Below, one piece after another: positions 35,601 to 47,895 of a DNA stretch of 64,000 nucleotides (within the stretch, counting starts at the first letter, position 1; every line of letters begins with the position of its first letter). Both the position numbers and the translations under genes were made by a program. The DNA comes from Lepidodermella squamata (lineage: Eukaryota; Animalia; Gastrotricha): the NCBI GenBank assembly GCA_047495785.1, contig JBLDXI010000024.1, positions 5,394,001-5,458,000 of the forward strand, written 5' to 3'. Under the pieces are notes generated by a model. That model was not told the DNA's origin. It did no database searches and saw only the letters and a list, made by a program, of their open reading frames with translations.

Positions 35601-36129
35601 CAGCCGATGGATGTGGTGGACACGGTGGTGGTGCTACAATAGCAGCGAGTGACGAGTGGCGGCGGCTGTGCCACGCTGTAGCCAGCCACGTCGTTTCAGC
35701 AACAGCATGATGATAACACCGCTATAAACACCGCTCAGTATTTTATTCTGCGTCGTTTTTCTCGTTTGTGTGTGTGTGATTGAGTTATTTGGCATGGTTC
35801 TATTGGTGATTTGTCTGAATTGTTTATGCTCTCCTCCTATACATGTACAGGTGGTGAGAAGGATGCGGCGGTGTGCGCAGCCGTGGGCGAACTCGCCGGC
35901 TACCTCATCGTCAAGGACGAGTCGCTGTTCTACGACGACGACGACCAAGATGGTGGTCAAATGTCAGCCGAGTGGTGGCATCGCCAAGTCACCCAACAGG
36001 TAAGCGTCAGTCACCCTACTTATTAGTTTGTTAGTTTTTTGTAATCAATTCAAACAGGCTGCGGTGGCGCCACCGCACGAGTACGCCGCCATTCGCCAAG
36101 CTGTTGTCGACGCTGTTTCATCATCGTAG
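32646..36129 (+). CDS. ATXN10-GDPGP1: Ataxin-10-like ARM region fused in frame to GDP-D-glucose phosphorylase (GDPGP1/VTC2-like HIT enzyme); exons 32646-34396, 34728-35245, then 35379-35710 or 35851-35999 + 36058-36129
   Basis: Ataxin-10 C-terminal motif LKSRVIQLVGVL...SPFASQWCIVAIRN (about 33561-33780). It is followed without a stop by GDPGP1 motifs RFSEHLRAAW, LNEQRATNRR, FNFSK, VNVSPI, LPQ, RVGFNSLCAFASVNHLHLH and ELAGYLIVK. Confidence 0.8.
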
Positions 36130-36927
36130 CAGCCGAGATCCGATCCAATTCACTCTGATGCTGCTGAAATGGCCTTTTACTCGTGTATTCTGTGATTACT
36201 TATAATATACCTTCTGCTCTACTGCTTATAGTTCTTGTTGCTGATTTCTATGCTGATGATACATATACATTCATAGCTTATATTTTGTGCTCTTTGTTTT
36301 TTCTTTCTCTCGCTGCTGACGATGATGATGATGCCGGTTTGTGGACAAAATGATAATAAAATTGAAACAAGTCACAAACAAGTCTCAGTTGTTTATCACT
36401 TTTCCATCGAAGACAAGTTTTTTCCTTTCTCCAAAACATAACTAACTTGCCAATTTTCACGTGCCGTTGGTGCAATATAATTGGTCATAATTGTCGCATT
36501 TTTAGTTTTAGACCACAGGCCACTCGAACAAACAAACAAACTAATGAAGAAACAACGCTGCTGCGGCCAACAGGTGCTGAATTCTTTATAGGTACAACAG
36601 CCCCAATTTACTGTGCGGTCTTCGAAGGCGCCATTGAATCGATATTACATATATGCTACTATCGGAAGTATAAAACTACTCTATCGAAGTGGGCCTATTC
36701 CGTCTTTTAATAAAAATTAATACTTGGCCCACCGACATTGGTTCGATGGATAGTAAACAATGGCACAGGTCGGTAATAAACGTGTCGTAGTCGCGTAGGT
36801 GAGACGCTAAGCCGGCAGTCATCCACCATCCATCCATTCATCGTCGTCATCATCATCATCATCATCCTGATAATGACGACGACGACGATGACAGCTGAAA
36901 ACTGCCGCGCTGCTATAAAGTAGCTGC

Positions 36928-36959
<32 letters not shown>

Positions 36960-37320
36960 CGATCAAAAATCGATCGATCTGCCAGTAGTGTAGTTCATAC
37001 CTTGACAGCTGCCGTTGATCACTTGGCAACCGCGGTCTTACTTGCCTATATATGTTGTGCCCGACTGCCCACCGACACTACGTCGCATATATACATAGCA
37101 TAGTTGTAGTTGCTGCTGCTATTTTCAATCGGAACAGTTTATCACCCAGGCACGTTGCTGCTGCTGCTGAATATATACCATACCTAAAAGCCATTTTCTT
37201 CTTCAAGAGCGCAGCCACAACTTCCCGCTCTTCAAATATAACAACCGCACATTTTAATACCTCCTACCTGTTGTTTTTCTCAATGAATTTAATAGCAGCT
37301 TTATTGTAAAGCGATTAGAG

Positions 37321-38506
37321 ATGCCGAACTCGAAAGCGAATGCAAACGCGAGCAGTAAAGACACCGGCAAAGCGGCCGGCGGTGGCGGCAAAAGCGGCAC
37401 CCAGGAGTCGATGGGCGCCGTGGCCGCCGGCGACCGGCCTGAAACCATCGTCGAGGAACAGGAGAACGAGGCCATGAGCATTCAGGTAAAATTGTTCATT
37501 AATTGTTCAACTATAACCTGAGACACTTTTATCTAATCAGGAGACGACAGTGTCGCGGTTGTCGCGCACGCAGCGCGGGGCCCGCGACAAGACCGGCATG
37601 GGCGAGAAGACGTCGCAGGCGCTCGTGTCGCAGCAGCGCCTCGAGAACACGTACAAGCTGATGCCGGACATGCCGTTCCGCACTGGCCGCGTCAACGAAA
37701 AGGTTACTTCGCCAATTCACTCTACAGCAATCTACTGCTTCTTCTCATTAATCAAACTTGCCGAAATCGCCATTTTTTATTAGGCACCCAGAATTGTTAT
37801 GAACAATCTAAGAAAATCATTTTGGGAATTTTGAAAGCGGGAAAATTTGTAGCAAATTTCTTCAGTTTCATGTGTTCATATTCGTTGGGCGGAACCCGGA
37901 TTCGTTGTTTTTTCACCGATTTATAACCGTCAAGTTGTATTAATAACATAACAGCAATATTTCACTTGAAGTTCTCATAGTATTCGAACTATCGGGATTT
38001 AAGCCGGGAAAATACCTGAAAACGCTGAATACTTGTAGAAATTTAAAATAATCTCAAATTACCATGGGCAGGAGTTTCAGAAATTGGAAAAAAAAATCTA
38101 CTGTACTCCAGCTTTCTTGTTGCTGAGTCATCAACTGCGATGAGAAAAAAATGAAAACACAAGTGTTCTTAAATCAGCGTTTTGTTTTTTTCATTATGAT
38201 TTATTACAGGTTCACCAAGTGGTGTCGGCGCGCATGGCCGATTTCACGTACTCGCCTGAGCGGGCGGCGGCGCTGACGTGCGAACTGGCGGCGGCGTGCA
38301 AGGCGGCGGTGAAGCAGCTGCGCATGGCGCGGCACAAGCTCGTCGTGCTGGTGACGCTGCTGCCGGCCGGCGCCGACTGCCGCCCCTCGCTCATCTACTC
38401 GTCGCGCTGCCTGTGGAACACCGACACCGACTCGTCGACGAGCGTCACCGTCACCGCCCGCGCCGCCACCGTCGTCGTCCTCGTCTTCGGCCTCTACTAC
38501 GACTGA
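37321..38506 (+). CDS. Tctex-1 family dynein light chain (TCTEX1D/DYNLT5-like), 3 exons
   Basis: LENTYKLMP..F; YSPERAAALTCELA; RHKLVVLVTL; SRCLWNTDTDS; VFGLYYD-stop. Confidence 0.88.
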
Positions 38507-40144
38507 GCCTTCTAAAGTAGTACCCATTTATCAATTAGATAGGTACTTGTATAGCTGATCATCCATCTATCACATCCGCGGCAGCCGCTGAGTAAACACA
38601 TTTGCGAACTTGTTATTGTCAACGATGAATTGCCTTTTTCGATTAGGAATTTAATATTATTTTTAGGATTATTGGATTGGCTTAATTGCTTCGATTGCTT
38701 AATTATTTTTCATCCGAGTAAAATAAAACGCGCAATGAATAATGGAGATCACAGATTATATCCAATCAGTAGAGCTTAAATACCTTTAACCTGGTTTCTT
38801 CATTTCTTCCGATCGTGATGAAAAAAATCAAATGACGTGTAACAAGATACTGACACCCTCATCCATCTCGCCAGCAGCAACGGGCGACAATTTTGAGTAG
38901 ACAGAAAGATAAGTAAAGAAATTGACGCTCTCTTAAGATTTGGTTACACACACTTGCTGTTTCGTGGTGGTGGGTGATGAATAATAAGTGAAGAGAGTGT
39001 AGGGGTGTCGTAATTCGATGAATTTGCGGCTTAGGAATGCGTCGAAAGCCACTTGAAGGTGTCTAAGCCGTGTTTACTCGCCGGCGATCGGTAGGTGCCA
39101 CCATGGGCAAGTAACCAATTAATCGCTGCAGGTGTACGCCTAGTGCCCAAAGTGCGATTTGACACTCTTACTCTCCGCATCTCGGCACGTTCATCGCGGC
39201 GCAAGTATTTGCCGACTTTGCGCAACACTTCCAAACAGCAGCAGCAGCAGCAGCGATCAGGAATTTGCGATCGCACTAATTACTTGTCGAGTGGGCAGCC
39301 AGCCAGCTTAACACACCGCAGGTAACAAGTTACCGGCTCGGCCAAAAACAAACAAAAACTGTTTCACAGCGAGCACTTTTATTCGCGAGCGCGAAAATCT
39401 CGGCGCCAAATCGCAACTATTTCATATAATAGCAATAATAACAACCATGATATTAATAATTAATAATTAATAATAATATTATTATTGTATTAGCAATAGC
39501 TAGTCAGTATATAAGGTCATGACACTGCCATGAATATAATATAATACTTCTTTCATATTAATTAATCAATTAATTATCATAAATAATAATCAGAATATTT
39601 TTGCATTTTGCATCATCTCGAGGTTTTGATTTCTTTAATAAAATTAACAATTACAGTTAATTACAATGATGATGATTGAAAAACAATGGCGGCGACGGTG
39701 ACGACAATTTTTTTATGTTGAATAAAACCACGAGCATAGAGAGGGAAAGAAGGCGATGTAGTAGTAGTAGTAGTTAGTTGTAGAACACGGATGAGATGAA
39801 CAGGAGTACATTTAAATACATAAATAAATCGACTTTGTACACCCGTGGCCGGGACTGAGATTCAGAGGGATGAGATGAGGCGGAGGCGCGAAGGAGAAGG
39901 AAAGCAAAGGAACTGCTGATGCTACACACCGATGACTTTTGTTAATTAAACGGCAGACGACAAAGCGACAAGAGTAAGTACGAAAACAGATAGCGAACAA
40001 AGAAACACCTCGTTTTTCATGCGATGATTGCAATACAATTATTAAATCCACAACAATTCATATATATTGTGTAAGAAATATTTTCTGATTATTAATCTGC
40101 TGGCAATATAAATAATAGTAATTTAACAAGATACAATTGATTGG

Positions 40145-42453
40145 CTACGAGTAATTGCTCATTCGCATGAGTTTCGCCGCCGTTGGCCCACTGCCAGTGT
40201 GGCACGGCGAAGCGGAGGCGCTGAGGCGGGACGAGTGAGACGCCAGCTCGACATCGTCCTGCTCGTCGACGTCGAGTTCGTCCGACGTCGAGAACCCGTC
40301 GTCGTCTTCGTCATCCTGGGCGGCAGCGGCAGTGTTACTTCGATGGTGCAGATTGCCAGCACGGTTGCGCGCCACCGATGCGCGCATGTCGACTGCGCCA
40401 ATGCCGGCGCCGCCGCCGTTGCCGATCGCCGTCGGGCTCGAACTGCTGCAGTGCGAGGCGGAGGGCGAGGCAGCGGGTGAAGACGACGAGCAGCAGCCGT
40501 CGGGCGACGACGACGACTTGGTGGCCTGCTGCTGCTGGTGATGGTGATTCTGGTGGCTGTTGTGCACGTTGATGAGCTGCGACGCTGTCGCCAGGGTGCT
40601 GAGGTGCAGGCGGCGGGCGCTCTCCTGCTCCTCGCGCTTCTGCTTCCGCCACTTGGCACGCCGGTTCTTGAACCACACCTTCAAATCAAAGACGAGAAAT
40701 TAAATAATAGAATATTTCAAAAAAATTATCTTTCATTTTTTATCATCTGTCTGGTGTTTTTATCGCCGTTATTTTAGGGCCGTGTGCAAGCGCATGTGGT
40801 GACCTAGTGCGATGATGAGATGAGAGATGAGAGATGACCTACTTGCTTCGACAACGTCATCATTATCATCATTTTTCGAAAGCAAAAAAGCTCGTCGTCG
40901 TCGTCGTCGTCGACGATGAAAAGCAAACAAGCCGTGGCGGTGGTGAAAATGCGCAACAACATGATGAGATGATGATCGGGTAAAAACGCCAGGTATGATG
41001 CGCTAAAATTATTACGCACGCAATACATAGATAGATAGATAGCAGCTAATGATGAGTCTCTAAAATCAACATTGGCGCGCTCGCTCGCGCTGGCCCAGAT
41101 ACGCGCAGCAGCAAAAGCGAGAGCAAACAGCCTACAGCCTATCATTGAGGTGTTGTTGAAATTCAAAGTTAAATTGCGATCATCACCAGCAAATGCATGA
41201 TGAGCCATTATTGTTATATTAGGCAGGCTGACGACGACGATAAACACGCGGCGCGCGCGCGAGCGGCACCACCTCATCTGCGCAAACAATCACCGCCGCC
41301 GCCGCCGTCATCGCCAATAATAGATAAAAACGTAAATATATCTATCTAATATGATATCTAATAAATGGCGATGATGGCTCTGCGCTAAGTGCTAATGAGC
41401 CAATATCCGATTTTGAGACAATGAGACAATGAAAATGAAAGTTACCTCGACGCGTTCCTCCTTGAGCTCGATCTTGGACGCGAGCTCCTCGCGCAGCAGC
41501 ACGTCCGGGTAGTGGGTGCGCTGGAACGTCCGTTCCAGCTCCTCCAGCTGCTCCTCCGTGAATATGGTGCGGTGGCGGCGTTTGCGCTTCGACGCCGCCG
41601 ACAGCGACCCGCTGCCCCCGCCGCCCAATCCGCCGCCGCCGACGTGGTGATGCGCCGCCGCGGCCGCCATCGCCATCGACGCCGCCATGTGCTGCGCGAA
41701 CGCAGGGTGTTGCATCGGCGACTGATGATGCGACTGAATCGACTGTTGCGGCGGTGGCACGGCGAGTCGGTGCTGCTGCTGCGGCGTCGACGCGCTGTTG
41801 GCGGAGGCGAACAGCGACTGCAGTTGCGCGAGCGGGTCCGCCGCCGACGAGGCCGACGCAGCCGGCGACGTCGTCGATTGCAGCAGCGCGTTGATGAGGT
41901 CGAGCGAGGCGTTCGACGCTGGGCTGGTGTGTTGGTTGTGGTGCAGCTTGTTGTCAGCCAGCTTGTTATCGGCAGCCGGCAGCAGCAGCGACGACGGCGT
42001 GTTCGTTTTGTTCTTCAAATGCTGCTGCAGTTGCTGTTGCTGCTGCTGCTCGGCTGGGGCTGACGACGAGGAGGCGTTGGACGACGCCGAAGCCAGCGGC
42101 GCCGCCGTCGCATTCGTCGACGAGTTGACGTTGAGGGCGAGTGGCGACATGGGCGACGAACCCACCGGTTGTTGTTGTTGCTGGTTGAGCGCGGCGAGGA
42201 GGGCGTGCTGCAGCAGCGCCTGCATCGCCGCGGCCGCGTGTTGCTGCTGTTGCTGTTGCGCCGCCGCCGCTTCCATGTCGGCGGTGCGTTGCCGCTCGGC
42301 TGCGGCGGCGGCCGCAACTGCCGCAGCCCACGTCGCCAGGCCGTTCGAAGCAGCAGCAGAAGCAGCCGGTGACGACTGTTGCTGTTGCTGTTGCTGTTGG
42401 GCGGCTGCTGCGGCGGCTGCCTGCAGGTACGCCGAGGCGATGAAGCTGTTCAT
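40145..42453 (-). CDS. gsc: Goosecoid (PRD-class K50 homeobox); intron 40679-41445; possible further upstream exon
   Basis: [64 protein letters not shown]; Lys50 and the typical intron between homeodomain codons 46 and 47. Confidence 0.93.
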
Positions 42454-45400
42454 CACTTTTCGACTTGTGTTCGACGACTAAAACAATGAGTATATAACGA
42501 TGATGATCTATTGCGATAAAGAATGCATGAATGAGAGCGACTTATGATCGCCGTGAAATGGCTCAACTATTAACTATATAATAATATCGAATAAACAAAA
42601 CATCAGCAGCAGCAGAGCAGGGGGTGATAATTGGATATTGACAAAGCATTTCTCTCCCCGCCCGCCCGACGACGACGAGACCATCATCAGGTGAGATCAT
42701 CGCCATCATCGTCGATGCTGATGGATGACCTATACGTGTGGGCCCCGAAAACAAATATTTTTGCTGGCGATACTTGCATGCGCCTGCCTGCCTTTACGGC
42801 TTTAAAAATGACGAAATTATAATATCCGAGAATAAATGAATGAGAATAATGCAATATTTATTATTAGATGATGATGATGAGAGAAAAGAGCAAATTGACC
42901 CACACATACACACACATACAAGCATGCATGCATGGTGGAATACAGGTGAGGAGCTGGTGTTAAATTCGCATTATACGCTGCTGAAAAGTGTAAATGTCAT
43001 GTTTTATCAGCAGCAGCAGCAGCAGCAGCAGCAACCTGGTGGTAGGTATAGAAGAGTAGTACCAACCTGGTCGCTAATGAGGCGCTGGCCAATGAGCGCG
43101 CGAGGCCGAGCCGCCGTGCCAACCAATCAGCGAGCGCGCATTGCTTGAGTAAACATACCTATCTAAAACACTAATACTCACTTGTGTGTGGCGCATTTTT
43201 CTACCATCAGCTATTATTATTATTATTATTATTATTGCAGACTCTGGTGGTAGGTAATAGGTAAGTATGTCGCGCGCGCGCGCCTAATATACGCGCGCTC
43301 AACAAGGCTTAAAGCAAACAGGTAGTTGCGCGCGCGCGCGTTAAATTGACGAACAAATCCGCGTCTCGTTTCGCCTAAGACTGAGTAAGTACATTAACAG
43401 CTCAGGTATTTGTCGACGACGCGAGCACACGCCCCCGAAACACTGGAACACCACTAATGCTAAGCCCGAGTGTTCAAGTGCGCGAGTTTCGAAATCTCAC
43501 ACATTACTTTTACTTATTTGAAACGCGTGCCTAAAACCAGCAGCACCAGCACCAACTACTACTCCCTACTACTGAACGGTAAATAGTATACTTACGACGG
43601 TGATAATGATGAACTTTAATGCGTTTTAATGTTGACAATCGCCCAGGTAAATTCATTCACACACACACACACACACACACAGGTGAGTGGCAGAGATCAT
43701 GATGACGATGATGAAGAGATGATGAGCCCATTACAACTTTCTCATGCGACCATACCCGTCAATCAGTCAAATTTCCGAGATATGTCTCCGCTTGGCATGT
43801 AACTAACTAAAAAAAGGGAAAATAAAGCTAAGTGAGCGGTAGGTAAAAAGTAGATATATAATTAGGCAAGTGACTACGCTGCCTGGCTCTGCCTGGCTGG
43901 CTGTTCGATGAATTCACGTGCGAGTGAGTGTATGTTCAGGATTAGCAACACAAAACGTTGTGTTTTATAGCTTACACTTATAAAAAACTAATCATAATGC
44001 GTTAATCCGCGCCATCACAGGATTACCTTGAGCAAATCCAATAATAATAATAATATTATGTAATAATACTAATAATACTAATAACGATGATCGCAAGGTT
44101 CGAAACACCCTTCTGCTGCTGCTGCTGCAATTGCTGCTAGCAGACAGACATACATAGACAGACAATCGGCACAAAAAATGACTAGTCAAAGTAGTGGATA
44201 CTTGCTCTAGGTGGCGGGTATTAGGGTACTATATTAAGGCTGATGAGATTAATTCCTTAATTAATTGGCATTTATGCTTTAATTAATTGCCGCCTACTAC
44301 TATGCTGCAATCGCGGGCGCCCGCTCACCTGATGCCTCGACAAGACAAACGATCGAGCGCCGAACGATCGAAGCGCGAAGACTGCCTGCGGAAATGGCAC
44401 CTCCATACCTCCTGCTACCTACACCTGCTAATAATGCCTAATACCTTGTAAAAACGATATACCTACTGATTATTAGGTGTATACCTCGGCGATGATGATG
44501 ATGAACATCAGGTGCAAGGAGACAATAACGATGTGCGGCGACGACGTCTTCGAGTGGTGGGACTGACTACGACGAGGCGTCAAGGCGTCTAAAATGGTGT
44601 GTATAAGAAGCAATAATAAGTAGGCACATGTCTATGAGCAGGCGCAAACACAGGCGCGTCTAATAAGGCGCATTATCGGCGCATTATCAGCAGATAAAGC
44701 TGTTGACGTTTCGGCCACTTGTCAGCAGCCCAAGCAAGTGTAATATTACCTCTAGGTAGTCTGTAGCATAGATAGATAGCTAGTTGGTTGGGGATGAGGC
44801 GACGCCTCGCCTACACCTGTGCGATGCGCTGCGCCGTACTAGCCGTAGCAGTAGCAGTAGCAGCGGTAAAGAGGCGGGCTAAATTGTTCCGCAAACACTA
44901 ATATAGCTGCGTGTCGCCGCGGTTGCGCATGCAGCAGATTTACACTTTTCGTGGTGTTGTACTGCACAAGTACTTTTACTATACCTACCTATACCTACCT
45001 ATACTTATATATGGTGGTGTTGGAAGCAGCGCTGGGCGTTGGCTCTAAGTATCTAAGCAATGTTTGCCCCTGGCAGCAGTCGCATCAGCAGCATCAGCGC
45101 CAAGGTGTGCCTGCCTTTACACGTTATTTATTGTACAGGTAATAATGATGGCCGCAGAAAGCCCTTTATCCCCGCCAATCACAATAAATTCATCGGTAAA
45201 GCGGCGGAAACGCGAGCCGGCCGAGTGCGCCTAATCACCGCGTCGTCAAACACTCTGCTACTACTACGACCACCTACCTATATACTATACCTTGTATTCT
45301 TGTCTTCTTGTTCAACAATACACCTGCTGGTGGTGGCGATGTAACGGGTGTGTATAAAACGATATAATAATATAATAATAATATTATAGGCGGCGGCGGC

Positions 45401-47895
45401 GGCAAAAAGACACCGGGTAATAATGCGCCGGTGATCACGATCTGTCAACACTCGGGCACAGGTGCGATATTTCGCATCAAATTATTACAACCCCAATCCC
45501 CACCTCCACCACCACCATACCAGCTCATGCTAAGCCCAGACCAGTCCCAGACCCAGACTTGTACCATCCCTATGCATCTTATAACGGCGGTAATTTACAA
45601 CTGTCAAGTATTTGCGCAAATGGCATTATTGCGGCCGCGTCGCATCGTCGCCATCGCCACCGCCACCGCCGCCGCAGCCTCATCATCAGATGATGAGGAT
45701 GGAAGAAGAGCATATCAGCAGCAGGTGCCACATCGTTAATGCTTCCTAATCGACGACGCGAACACACAATAAACGTCTATAGATAGGTAGATAGACTGAT
45801 GAGAAGAGCAGGTTCCCGCGCCTATAATATTATCTATTTTACACAAAAGAGTAGCACATGCGAACGCACAGCAGTACCTATACGTAGTAGTATAGGTTAA
45901 TTAGCACAACGAATCCGCCCCGGTTCATAACATGCGGCTGAACGAACCGAACGAACTCACGCACAAGTTCAGTTCCAGCGCTTAGCTATCTGGTGCTGCC
46001 TGTTCATTAATTGAAGCTTGCAACATCGGAACAAAACAGTTTGCGACCAAAATTCATAATATGCGATTGGGGAGATTAATCGAAAGAAAGATCGGAAGAT
46101 GCTTCTTTGCAATCACGGTGTTGATATTGTAAAATGACTGAACCTTTCTATAAGAGAGGTACTAATAGTTGCAACTCGGAACAACTTGGATTCGCGAATG
46201 CCCTACAATTTACCGGTTTAAGGAATTCATGATAACAGTGCCATTGCAAAGTACCTTAATTTCTCAAATGTCACCTTAATCCATCAGAATAATCCTGAAT
46301 TTGGCTAAAATGAATGTAAGAAAGGTTCGCCTTCTCAGTGGAAACCAGCTACCAGCTTCAATTACGCGTTGCCAATAATTCCACGGGCATTTCGAGACGA
46401 ATTCTGGCCAAGTTTGTTAAATACGCGGGAACCTCGCAGTTTTTCGGCCGACAGCTGGCCGACGTACTGCCGTCGAAGACTTATTTGAAGTCAAATGCAA
46501 TTTTGAGTTGGCCCGCAAGTTCCTAATCGCTATTCTTTTGGAAGCCCAAGTCGAAGCTGTCGAATAATGAGGCCCGAGTGGCAACGTTTTCGTAGCCTAG
46601 ATAATTCCTTGTTATTTCAAGTGCCATGGAGAAGCTAGGACTGTGATGCTTATAATATATGCCGCTGCTATTCGACTGCTATGATAGCAGGCTCATAAAG
46701 TAATTAAGCTGCGTTGAGACATCATAGCAACATGAGCAGAAGAGCGGCTCATCAGTGTTGACCTTGAAAACGAGATACTAATAGATGACATGCCGTCATC
46801 AAGGCACCGCCACGAGAGTCGAATCTCTTTTGTACTATTATACCTACGTCTTTATGGCCGATTACGGATTTACTTTTTCCTAATAACTTTTTCATTAAAC
46901 AATGATTCAACGTGTCGTCGCACCCTTCTTTCATCTTTCAAAGCATCTTTCAGATTGCTGTTTTACTTAGTTGGATTGAAGTCGCAAAAGTAGATGATCG
47001 GCTTCAGAGTATGGTGCGCAAAAACTCGGCCACGACCTATATATTTTCTTTTCATTTCAAGTATTATTATTTATTTCGCAGATGAGATCGGCTGCGCTGT
47101 CTTACATCAGTATATCGCAGTGCTGAGCTTGCGATCAAGTGACTTGCGCATCAGTCGAATGACTTTTATTACTTATTATTATATTCTTGAGCAAAAATGG
47201 CGCACGGGCAATGTAATTTGCTTCCCACCTCTCGTTTCTCTCGATACATCTCGAGCGCTCAGCCGCAATCCTCTGCTCTGATGTTATACTGCCATCTACA
47301 AAAATAAATTATTATTAATATTGTTTTTTTGTGTTTAATTAAGCGTATTTCATAGCTCTCTTTTATGAATAATGTCCCCTGCTTGGCGATGCATGCAGCT
47401 AATCGCTCAGGCTCGCAATCTCTTTGCTTCTTTCGTTCCTAATCTTTCGTCAGGTGAAACAGGGGATGCGTATTAGTGACAGTGGATGGCAACTTCGCCT
47501 GGCCACGCAACCTCCAGGCAAATTTGCAGAAAGGTAATTGCTGGTTATTTGCTGCAATTTCAACAGCTTTCGGCGTTATTTCGCCCTTGAAGATTGACCG
47601 GAATTCACCTGAGAATCGAAGAGGAAAAATTTGCATCAGCAATGCTTTTTGAAAAAAAGAACGGCACCCATTGAGGCCTCTTTTCCAATAACGCTGCTTG
47701 TAAACTTCAATTCAGAAAAGAAATGAGGTGTAGGGTCATTCAGCGCCATTCGAAACATGCACTATACCTACCGCCGTTATTTCTTTCAGTCTTGAAGTTG
47801 GCGCTGATTGAAGAAAGCAGCGTGTATTAAAGAAATCAAAGACCCCACAACGTACTACACAGCATACCTATACAGCAGCAGATCACTAATACGGG

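Noticed and set aside
16388-36129. Galactokinase plus a GDP-hexose phosphorylase as a sugar/ascorbate pathway cluster
   Set aside because: They are 15 kb apart with unrelated genes between. GALK acts on D-galactose (Leloir pathway), not the L-galactose route, and no other pathway genes are present.
36836-36892. Apparent hairpin of (TCA/TCG)n followed by (GAC/GAT)n
   Set aside because: Explained by adjacent complementary microsatellites, which are abundant in this domain.
42563-47642. Short ORFs upstream of goosecoid
   Set aside because: No codon bias, splice structure or protein motifs; most likely regulatory or non-coding DNA.
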